This document shows, piece by piece, positions 37,770-46,800 of a stretch of DNA of 64,000 nucleotides (position 1 is its first letter; every line of letters starts with the position of its first letter). The notes below the pieces were generated by a model. The model searched no databases and was not told where the DNA came from. It saw only the letters and a program-made list of their open reading frames with translations. Position numbers and translations under genes: made by a program. This DNA comes from Chloroflexota bacterium (GTDB lineage: Bacteria; Chloroflexota; Dehalococcoidia; DSTF01; RBG-16-68-14), in contig QIFC01000115.1 in NCBI GenBank assembly GCA_003228685.1, positions 6,028 through 70,027 on the forward strand, in the 5' to 3' direction.

Positions 37770-37812
37770 GGGACGGGGGAGCCGAACTCTTGGTCCGGTG
37801 CTCCCCCGTCCC
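37770..37812 (-). terminator. 13-bp perfect hairpin downstream of the 37895 gene
   Basis: gggacgggggagc-(17 nt)-gctcccccgtccc begins about 80 nt after the stop on the minus strand. Confidence 0.6.
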
Positions 37813-37894
37813 TGTGGTCACTCCTTGACCTGCTGTATTTGCTTTCCCCGCAACCTCTTTCTCAGGTTACGGACTAACTACGTTCGTTGCCTCC

Positions 37895-39424
37895 TTAGGC
37901 CTTCGGGTTGACCGGATCCTGCGTCGGGTGCGGTGTCTCGCAGGTGCTGCCGAATCTGCCGAATACGAACTGTAGGTCGTTGATATCGATGTCCAAGTCC
38001 GACTGCTGGCTTGAGGGCTCCAGGTTCATGAAGTCCTTGTAGATCAGGCTGCCCTTCTCTACGCCCCAGCGGAAGGCGATCGCTTGTGCGTCAACAGCAG
38101 TGACGGCACAGTCAGCATCCACATCTCCCTCGAGGTAGCGGAACGTGATGCTCGCGTCGTCGCAGGAGAAGATCGGAATCGCGTGGCCCTGCTCGTCGCC
38201 AAGGTCACAGTTCACGTTGCTGATGAAGACGACGTTACCGTTGTCCTGGTTCGGCTTCATTTCCGAGTACAGGTCCGGCTGCGGGTAGATGTCCACGGAA
38301 GCCAGTGCAAGCAGCTCATCGATCGCGTGGCCCTTGCCAACGGTGACACAACCGATGCGGGCTACGCCCTCGAGCTGCGGCTTGGAGTCAGGCTGGTCAT
38401 CTTCGATGATGCAGATGGCCGGTCCAGGAGACTCCGGGTCCTTGATCGGGTTGCCACCCCACTCTTCGCCTGCGTTGATGTCAACACAGACCTTCTTGTT
38501 GTCGTAGCGCACCTCGAACTCGAAGGCTGCGAGCTGCTGGAATTCGCTCTCGCCCTTGGGGTCCGGAGAGACGATTTCCTGGTTCAGAATCTCGGCGAGC
38601 TCGCCAACGTTGGCGTTTGTCCCCTTGGTCGACAGACAAGAACTCGGAGGAATCTTCGCGCCCTGGCGCGTCAGGAACACGTTCTGCAGCGCCGGGTCCT
38701 TGCTCATGCGCGGGATCGGCGGCGGCGTCGCTGTCGGCGTCGCGGTCGGTCCAGGTGCGCAGTTCACAGTAAGACCGGTGACGGACGGGTTAATCTGCTT
38801 GTCCGTGCCGCCCTCGGTGAAGAACGTTCCGTTCGTCAGAGCGGGAGCTTGGTCACCCACAATCAGGGTCAGTACGGACGTGCTGGCCGTGGTCGTGCAC
38901 GTGAACGAGAACCCGAACAGGTCGCCCACGTAGTCGCTGATCGGCAACGGCGGAATGCCTGCCGTGGTGGCGCCAGCTTGGTAGCCGTTGTTCGCCACGT
39001 CATCGATCGTGAGGAACGGGCCGAACGCCTGGTCCCAGATCATACATGGGTCCCCAACGCCCGTGTCGCACTTGTTGTCGACCGGAACGCCTGTGGCATC
39101 CGCGGGCTTGGTTACTAGGCCCTGGTTGTCGTAGTCGATCCACGTGTTCACCAGGACATAGCCACCGGTCGGGATCACGTCCGCGACCGAGATGACATTA
39201 AACTTTGCGCCCAGGGGTACACAGACCTTGCCTGCTGCAGGATTGGCGCAGTCGAAAGCGTCGCCGGCGGGTATGCGCAGGCTGACTTGCGGATCCTGGT
39301 TGTCTGGGTTGAGCGCACTAGCGCTGTCGGAGCTTTGGCCAATTGCAAAGACCATGACCGCTACCGCAATTGCGAGCAGCGGAAGGCCCAGCAGACCCAG
39401 CACCTTGATTCGGTTGATATTCAC
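37895..39424 (-). CDS. secreted protein: cohesin-like N-module, second cohesin-like module and a '[14 protein letters not shown]'-type dockerin-like module
   Basis: The GTG start lies 7 nt after TAGGAGGT. The N-module runs DPQVSLRIPAGDAFDC...GLTVNCA. The C-terminal half (FEFEVRYDNKKV..IGCVTVG..) plus GDVDADCAVTAVDAQAIAFRWG...[20 protein letters not shown] parallels aa ~1330-1543 of the scaffoldin. Confidence 0.8.
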   Translation of the reverse strand: MNINRIKVLGLLGLPLLAIAVAVMVFAIGQSSDSASALNPDNQDPQVSLRIPAGDAFDCANPAAGKVCVPLGAKFNVISVADVIPTGGYVLVNTWIDYDNQGLVTKPADATGVPVDNKCDTGVGDPCMIWDQAFGPFLTIDDVANNGYQAGATTAGIPPLPISDYVGDLFGFSFTCTTTASTSVLTLIVGDQAPALTNGTFFTEGGTDKQINPSVTGLTVNCAPGPTATPTATPPPIPRMSKDPALQNVFLTRQGAKIPPSSCLSTKGTNANVGELAEILNQEIVSPDPKGESEFQQLAAFEFEVRYDNKKVCVDINAGEEWGGNPIKDPESPGPAICIIEDDQPDSKPQLEGVARIGCVTVGKGHAIDELLALASVDIYPQPDLYSEMKPNQDNGNVVFISNVNCDLGDEQGHAIPIFSCDDASITFRYLEGDVDADCAVTAVDAQAIAFRWGVEKGSLIYKDFMNLEPSSQQSDLDIDINDLQFVFGRFGSTCETPHPTQDPVNPKA

Positions 39425-39761
39425 TTATTCGACCTCCTACCGAGAAGTTGATACTTCTCTACCTTGTTGATGTTGCCTTGTGTAATGCTAGACATCCCCC
39501 CTTTCATGGCTCCAGACGGGGTAGGAACCAATGCCAATACGGCGAACTAGCAATCAACCGGGCGGGTTCGGCGATTGGTCAATTTTGGCCGCAGCGCGAC
39601 CGTCTCAGGCGGGGTACCTGTGGAATTTCTTCCACCAGCTTGTCCTTGTATATCATGGGTACCTGTCTTTGTCAACCCATCCCTCATGGGTACATTACGC
39701 TTCAAACCAGATTCCGACCCTCTCCTAGCTACGAGCCCAATGGGATTCCAGACGTATTTCA

Positions 39762-41966
39762 CTAGAGCAGCAGCGAGCAGTCTTGTGTGAAGTTCTGGAT
39801 TACGGGCAACATATCGAAGGCCAGGCCGACGAATCCGTCACCGTCGAAGTCGTAGAGCACGTCGAATTCGATGTCACTATCCGAGAGGCCGAGGGACTCA
39901 ATCATCGTGAGAATGTCGTTAGCCAGGTCAACAATGAGGTCTCCGTCGATATCGAAGCAGGCGCGTAGCAGGGTCGTTTCGCTCGCGTCGTTGCCCGCTG
40001 GTATCTCGTCGGGGTCGGACGCGGTGACGGTCACGCTGTTGATGATGTTCCTGTCCTCCAGCAGGGTTGGGGCCCGCACGTTGAGCGTGATCACCACCTG
40101 CTGGTTGACGTTGATCTCGTCGATGGTGCATTCCACTTTGTCGCCAGGTATCGCCTGACAGGCGGCGCCAACCGCGGACTCGAACGTGGCTGGCCTAAAG
40201 ACCGAGCCGGTGACGAGCGTAATGCTCGCGAGGGGCAGCGTGTCCGTCACAACAACGTCCAAGGCGTCTCCCAGGCCCTGGTTGAGGACGGTGATCTCGT
40301 AGCTGTAGTAGCCCAGGCGCAGCACAGGATCTTGGGAGTCCGTCTTTGAGACGACGAGGTCCGGTGGCGGCGCGATCACGGCTGTGTTCTCGACAGCTAG
40401 GTTGTTGCCTGTCTGGAGGAACAGCTCGTTGTCGGAGGTGACGAACGCCGAGTTCTTGAGGAAGGTACTTCTCGTGACTTCCGGCGCGGTCAGGACGATC
40501 TGGACGATCGACTCCGCGTTGGGAGCGAGCTTGCCGAGGTCGCACGTCACCTCACCGCTGTCCAATACGCACCCGGGGCCGGCCGAGACGAACGCCGCCT
40601 CCGGCGGCAGGGTGTCGACAATCTGGACGTTCTGCGCCGGGTGCGGCCCCAGGTTCTTAGCGACGAGGGTGTACGTGACGTCCTCACCACCGTCCAGAAA
40701 CGTGGGATCCCCTACCTTGGTAAGGATGACGTCGGAACGGGGCGCCAGCACCATCGTCTGCTCGATGTCTTTGTTGTTCCCCGTGTTGGCGAACGGTTCG
40801 TTCGTGGACGTCACGGTCACATTGTTGTCCACCAGCGCGTCCGTCACCTGCGTGGGCGCGTTGACGGTGATATCGATTGTGATGATATCGGTGGGCGCCA
40901 TGTCGCTCGTGACAGCGCAGGTCACGACGCCGGCCACGTGGTTGCACGTGGCATCGGCGGACGCCGCCGACTTGAACACTGATCCGGCGGGCAGCGTGTC
41001 TTCAACGACGACATTTTCGGCGGTCTGCAGTCCGATACTCTCGACCGTGATCTGATACGAAAGGCTGCCACCTGAGTCGACCGGGTCGATGAGGTCGACT
41101 TTCGTGACCTTCACGTCGGGCCGCTCGCTGGGTGGAGGGAGCGGCGTTGGCGTGTTCGTCGGCGTCGGCGATACGGTCGGCGTGGGCGTCGGCGGTATCG
41201 GCGTGTCCGTGGGTGTAGGTGTCGGGCCGACGCACTTGATCGTGAGCGTGTCCACCTTCGGTATTATTTGCGTGTTCGTACCGAATTCGGTGAACAGACT
41301 GCCGCTGGTCCCAGCCAGTGGGTCTCCTTCAGGGAGTAGCCGCACGAGCGTGCTGCTGGAGGAGGCGGAGCAGTTGATGTTAAGGATCACGAGGTTGCCA
41401 ATGTAGTCACTCGGCGGCTGTGGAGGAATTAGCGCGGTCAGTCCGCCATGGCCGATCGAAGCTGGAGCAATGTCCGTCCTGAGTGCGCCGCCGGGGAACA
41501 AGTGGGGCCAGACAACCTCATCACTCGGAAAGGTCGTGGGTTTGTAGGTCAAGTCCTCGGTTACGCAGTCGGCGTCTCTCCTGTCCGCGCCGCCGCCGCC
41601 ATTATCGATGTTGTCGCTGCACGTATTGGGGCCGTAGCCATCTTCGCTTGCGCTTGGGTTGTACGTGCCGAAGTCAACGAATGTATTCATCAGGATGTAC
41701 CCGCCGGCCGGGATACCCACTGCCTCTACGGCTAAGGTGAAGGGATCTTCAGCCATGACACATATCGTGTCCGGCCCGGTTCCCAGCGGACACGTTGTGC
41801 TGCCGCTCTTGACTGAAAGCGCCATCTCGGGCCCACCGCCAGCGGCCTCGGCTCGCTCATGAGCCGGCTGTTGCCATGTAAGGACGACCGCTACGGCCGC
41901 CACAATAATGGCCGGTACGATCAGAAGTCGCAGAGCCATCCTCTTCCGTTTCGTGTTGCCCTCCAT
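39762..41966 (-). CDS. secreted protein: cohesin-like N-module, PT linker, DUF11-type repeats and a 'DLANDIL'-type dockerin-like module
   Basis: AAGGAGGAGGG precedes the ATG. The module runs GPEMALSVKSGSTTC...TLTIKCVG. There are about 4 repeats of the pattern V.K.....V..G..V.Y.I.V.N.G...A.NV.V.DTLP, which I take as DUF11-like. The C-terminus is DGDLIVDLANDILTMI...DGDGFVGLAFDMLPVI. Confidence 0.8.
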   Translation of the reverse strand: MEGNTKRKRMALRLLIVPAIIVAAVAVVLTWQQPAHERAEAAGGGPEMALSVKSGSTTCPLGTGPDTICVMAEDPFTLAVEAVGIPAGGYILMNTFVDFGTYNPSASEDGYGPNTCSDNIDNGGGGADRRDADCVTEDLTYKPTTFPSDEVVWPHLFPGGALRTDIAPASIGHGGLTALIPPQPPSDYIGNLVILNINCSASSSSTLVRLLPEGDPLAGTSGSLFTEFGTNTQIIPKVDTLTIKCVGPTPTPTDTPIPPTPTPTVSPTPTNTPTPLPPPSERPDVKVTKVDLIDPVDSGGSLSYQITVESIGLQTAENVVVEDTLPAGSVFKSAASADATCNHVAGVVTCAVTSDMAPTDIITIDITVNAPTQVTDALVDNNVTVTSTNEPFANTGNNKDIEQTMVLAPRSDVILTKVGDPTFLDGGEDVTYTLVAKNLGPHPAQNVQIVDTLPPEAAFVSAGPGCVLDSGEVTCDLGKLAPNAESIVQIVLTAPEVTRSTFLKNSAFVTSDNELFLQTGNNLAVENTAVIAPPPDLVVSKTDSQDPVLRLGYYSYEITVLNQGLGDALDVVVTDTLPLASITLVTGSVFRPATFESAVGAACQAIPGDKVECTIDEINVNQQVVITLNVRAPTLLEDRNIINSVTVTASDPDEIPAGNDASETTLLRACFDIDGDLIVDLANDILTMIESLGLSDSDIEFDVLYDFDGDGFVGLAFDMLPVIQNFTQDCSLLL

Positions 41967-42023
41967 GTCGTGCCCTCCTCCTTGATCCTTCGTGCCCGAA
42001 TTCTGACGTTCAGGAATCCCCTA

Positions 42024-43754
42024 TTATACAGGCAGGCGCGGCAGCAGACCTGCATCGAATTGCAGGACGAGCGCGGCGTCCACACTATTGATTCCACCGC
42101 CGTTGACGTCGCCTTCCGCATCGCATGGGAGCGACGACACCAGCCCCGCGACGCGCTGTAGGATCAGGGCCGCATCGACGCTGTTCGTCGTCGCGTCACA
42201 GTTCACGTCGCCCGATCCACCCGTGATGCCCGCTGGCCCCGCGCAGCTCGCTGCGTCGATGTCGTCCGTCTGGCGCAGGCCGAGTGTCGCGGCGCTGTAC
42301 GCCACGACCGGTGGACTTCCGGCCTTGATCATGTCGCCCGCACTGGCCCCTATCGCGGGCAGGGTAGGCGAGCCCGGCGCCAACGAGAACAGCAGCGTGT
42401 CTGATGCGCTGTAGACGTCGTCACCACGTTCAACGAGGCAGAGGCCGTCGACGTCGTCCGTCGCCTGAAGACCCAGTTGTTCGCGAGATGCGTAGAGGGA
42501 TGGAGTCTCGGCGTTCGAGGTGCGCAGTATATCGCCCGCGGTGAAGCCGAGCGCGGCCAGAGAAGGCGACGAGGCGTCCAGAGAGAAATAGACTGGGCTC
42601 TCCGGCACGCCGTCCGCGTTCCGGTCGACGACCGATGGATCCCAGGCAACGAACGCATCCAGCTCATCTCTCATGGACACCGCTTCGAGAAGCCCGAGCG
42701 GGAAGGCTGCCTGGCAAGCGCCCACTGGCCCGTTTCCGTCAAAGAGAAGCAAATTCGTCCCAGCCAGCAGCGAGCGAAAGATATCCGACTCTGGTTCCGG
42801 GGAGAGGCCGGGCTCCGCGGGAGGGCAGAGGCTCTGCACCTCTACGGCGCTGCCGTCGCTGCCGAGCGCTCCGGCAGTCACAGAGAAGTCGACCGCCGGT
42901 TCAGTCTCCACGACCGCTGAGCCGAACGACAGAGCGTCTACGTTGTCTTGGCCAAAGGAATCATCGCAGCCGTCGTCCGAGAGCCCCAGACTATCGCACG
43001 CAATGCGCAGATACGGCGCCTGACCGACGCCTGGCAGCGCCACGGCCGGCAAAATTCCGAGAATGTCCGCTGGATGGAATTGGGACGCATCTCTACCAAC
43101 TGAGAAGCTCGCCGGGAGCGGGGCCACCGCGATACTCAGGCTACGGATGCAGAGTCCCAGTTCGGATTCGAGGTTCGCCTCGTCCACAAGCGGGATGCAG
43201 GCGTCCGATTCAGGAAGCTCGAACGTCACGTCAAACGGTGGCCATGCTTCAAGGAGAGTTGCTGTTCCGTCCGATGCGGGCTCCAGGTCCAGACTGGCTT
43301 CATTGTGCAGAAGCAAGGGGCCAGCGGGGCTGGAAGGCACCTCCAGATCGAGGAACAGGTTTAACGTGGCCGTAGCCGGGAAGGGCTGGCCGGGCGTGAT
43401 GCCACGCAGTTGACCACCTGACTTGTATGATTCTCCGGCGTTCGCCCGTTCCGTGACGGCCACGAGACCGAAACGGCTCGCGCCAACAAGCTCAAGGCTG
43501 GCGATCTCAAGGTCCACGATCTCAATGCCATCCTCCGTATGCGGTGCTCCGCGGATCACCTCAATCCAACCTCTTAGGATCACCAGATCCTCGCCCAGCA
43601 GACTGCCCGCCTCAGCGACCACGGCCACGGGAAGCACATCGGCGCCAACTACCGGCATGCCGCCTGCCCTGGCGGGGCTGCCGGCTCCCGCCAGCACCAC
43701 GAAGGAGAGGGCGCAGACGCCTGCCATCGCGTAACCTGCAGTGCGAATGTTCAT
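42024..43754 (-). CDS. secreted protein of unknown fold with a C-terminal type-I-like dockerin
   Basis: The ATG at 43754 gives the signal peptide MNIRTAGYAMAGVCALSFVVLAGAGSPARA. The longer ORF start at 43862 would overlap the scaffoldin stop by 4 nt. The C-terminus is GDVNCDATTNSVDAALILQ...GDVNGGGINSVDAALVLQ. Confidence 0.75.
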   Translation of the reverse strand: MNIRTAGYAMAGVCALSFVVLAGAGSPARAGGMPVVGADVLPVAVVAEAGSLLGEDLVILRGWIEVIRGAPHTEDGIEIVDLEIASLELVGASRFGLVAVTERANAGESYKSGGQLRGITPGQPFPATATLNLFLDLEVPSSPAGPLLLHNEASLDLEPASDGTATLLEAWPPFDVTFELPESDACIPLVDEANLESELGLCIRSLSIAVAPLPASFSVGRDASQFHPADILGILPAVALPGVGQAPYLRIACDSLGLSDDGCDDSFGQDNVDALSFGSAVVETEPAVDFSVTAGALGSDGSAVEVQSLCPPAEPGLSPEPESDIFRSLLAGTNLLLFDGNGPVGACQAAFPLGLLEAVSMRDELDAFVAWDPSVVDRNADGVPESPVYFSLDASSPSLAALGFTAGDILRTSNAETPSLYASREQLGLQATDDVDGLCLVERGDDVYSASDTLLFSLAPGSPTLPAIGASAGDMIKAGSPPVVAYSAATLGLRQTDDIDAASCAGPAGITGGSGDVNCDATTNSVDAALILQRVAGLVSSLPCDAEGDVNGGGINSVDAALVLQFDAGLLPRLPV

Positions 43755-43858
43755 GAGAACCGGGCCTTCGACCCGCTGCGAGGCGGGAATACCAGCTTGG
43801 AGAGGGCGTGGCGCCAGTATACGTTCCCTCTTAACAGTGTCGCAAACAGCTAGCCTGT

Positions 43859-46800
43859 TCAAGGCCTAGTGTCCTGCCGCTCGGACGCTAGGACCTCTCT
43901 GAACCGAAGCCTGAACGGTTCCCGCGCGCTCACTCTCTGACGTCGCCACCAAAGCATCCGTGACCCGATCAACATGGCGAGGCCGCCGAGCAGGGCCGCG
44001 CCGGCCAATGATGTCGAGAGCCGGTCCTGGCTGTTTGAGCCGCTCCCTGTGTCTGGGAGGCCGACCACGGGCCCGCGTGCGGATGGCGCGACATCGCTGA
44101 CGGGTGTAGCCGTCGACGCGCCGATGACGGGCGGCCCGGTGTCGGTACCGTCCGTGGGCGTGGCGGTTGCCTGCGGGCTGTCGGTGGGCCTCGCGATGAA
44201 CACGGGCGTAGCCGTTGGGACCGGCGGCGAAGTCGACGTTGCTGTAGGCAGTGGCGTCGCTGTCGGCGGCCGCAGTGGCGTGGGCGTCGCGGTGTTTGGA
44301 AGAACGGGCGTGTCCGTGGCCGTTGCGTCTGGCGCTGGAGTATCGGTCACCGTGGCGCCCGGTACCGGCGTGTGCGTCGAGGTTGCCGTCACCGTAGCCA
44401 GCGTCGTTGGTGATGGCTCTGGCGTGCCCGAGCTGGACGGCTCCTCGGTTGGCGTAACCGTTGCCGTTACGGTCGGGAGCGGTGTCGCCGTTGGCGTGTC
44501 GCCCTCGGTTGGCGTGGCCGTCGGCGTCACGGTTGCGGCGGGCGTGCCAGCATCCTCACCGCCGGGCGTTGGCGTGCTCGTCGTGGCCGGAGTGACCGTC
44601 GCGCCGGGAGTCGTGGTGACGGTGGCCACAGGCGTCGGCGTTGGCGTCTGATCTATCGGCGATGGAGTCGGCGTAAACGTCGGCGTGGTCTTCGTGGGTG
44701 GTTCCTGCGCCTGCCACGGGTTCGCACAGGTGCTGCCATGACGGCCGTAGACGGCCTGCAGGTCGTTGATGTCGATGTCTCCGTCCGCCACGCCTTCCGG
44801 TTCCAGGTCGAACCATGTTTCGTAGAACTTGGAGCCCTTTTCAGCTCCGAAACGGGCGGCGACCATCTGCTCGTCTGAGACGTTCACCGCGCAGTCGGCG
44901 TTGATGTCCGACTCAAGGACACGGACGATGATTCTGGCATCTCCGACGAGGTTAAGCGGGATGGAGTTGCCGAGCGTATCCGAGAGCTGCGTATTGCCCG
45001 CGATATCGTCGAGGACCACCTCGATGCCGTTACCCGGCGCGGGGCGTAGCGGCAGATCTGAGAGAGGCGTGACATGGACGCGAGCGAGGTCGAACGTCCC
45101 GGTCGGGCCGGGGTCAGATCCAGACGTGACGCAGCCGAAGCGAATCTCTCCTTCCGTGAGGTCTGAGAGACAGGTAGCGGTGCGGTCCGTGCCTGCGATG
45201 GCATCTAGGAAGGGCTGACCATCAATTTCGAGCGATACAACCTTATGGTTGAACTTGATGGAAAGCTCAAATCCGCCTACCCCAGGCCCCGCCGGTGTGT
45301 TGTAGGCACGTTCGTAAATGATCAACGGCTCATTTCCGATGAAGAGGTTGGCTTCACTCGGTTCCTTGGCGATGGCCACCACCCCTTCGCCGGGCTCCAC
45401 GGCGGGAGCAGCGACGCTTTGCGTGCCGTCCGGATAGGCGACGGCCAATTTGCCTGACGTGACGGCAACTCTCAACGGTGCAGGAGAGATCCCGGACAGG
45501 GATGGGCTTCCCGGCGTGGCTGTCGGCGTCTGCGTTGCGGCCGGGAGAGGCGTGGCCGTCGATGGCGCGACAACTCCAATGATGCCGTCCTGTGTCACGA
45601 TGGGCAGCAGAAGCGCGCTCGAAATGTCTGTGAGGATCGGGTTAGACAGGTGCTGCGTTGAAAGACCTTCGCCGACGGCCAGGTAGGTGAACGTCGCGAT
45701 GACGCCGGAACCGTCAGGTCCAGGGACGATGGAGCCAATCGATGCGCAGGCGAAGTCCACGAATCCGGCTCCGAACGTCGCCGGAAGACAGGCGAGACTC
45801 CTTCCGGTGCTGCCCAGGAACGGGCCAACTGCAACCTCTTGTATTGTTGTCACCGCCGGGCTGAAGTCGAGCCTAAATTGGAAGGCCCCCAGGTCGGTCA
45901 CGTTCTCCACGACGACGTCGACGGAGGTGATTGTTCCCAGGTCCACTGTCTGATTTGTCGGCTGGATACGCATCGTAATCGGGCCAACTGCGGGCGTTGG
46001 CGTCGCTGTTGGCGTGTCTATAGGTATGGGCGTGTCCGTTGGCGTGGGTGTATCTGTTGGCGTTTGCGTGATGGTGGCCGTCGGGCAGATGCCGCCTGGA
46101 CACGGGGTTGGTGAGAGCGTCGGTGTTGGCGTGTCCGAAGGCGTTGGACTCAGCGTCGTCGTCGGTGTGCTGCTTGGCGTGACGGTTGGAGCGACGCCGA
46201 CGGACAGCGAGCCGCCTTGAAGCACCGGTGCCAGATGGGCGAGCCCTCCAATGTCCGTCAGGATCACGTCCTGGAGCGTCAGTGATGTGAAGCCGATGGC
46301 GTCTCCGGTCAAGGTGACGAATGCCAAGACTCCCGAGCCGGTGGGCCCTGCAGGCTCGGGTTCAAGCGTAACGCAGACGTATTGGATGATCCCTGGGCCA
46401 AACGTTGGGGCTAGACACGTGGTGTTCCGCAGCGTGCTCGAAAGGAAGGGTCCTGGGTCGATCCCGGTCACCGATGCGACGGCCACATCGTGGGTCAGCG
46501 TTACCTGGAATGCGCCCAACTCAGGCGAATTAGCGACCGCGATTTCGTAGACGGCGTCGCTGCCTTGGGCGATCGACTGGTCGGCAGGCTGGAGGCAGAC
46601 GGTGAGCACTAAGGCCGCGTTACAGGCCGGCGGCGTTGGTGTGGCGCTCGGCGTAGCTGTTGGACCTGTGGGCGTGGACGTTGGCGTGGCCGACGGTGGC
46701 GCCGGTGTGGGACACGTGATGTTGCCCAACACGGTCACGTCACTACCCTGGGAAGCGACGGGAATGGGGAGGCCGGCCGTGTCCGCGATCTCCAGCGAAC

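Noticed and set aside
44075-44704. Periodic short DNA repeats (ggcgtgg/ggcgtcgg-like) that could suggest a CRISPR array or a non-coding tandem repeat.
   Set aside because: The repeats are irregular 6-12-nt units without unique spacers and lie in frame within long ORFs. They encode (P/T)n linkers. No cas genes or leader are present.
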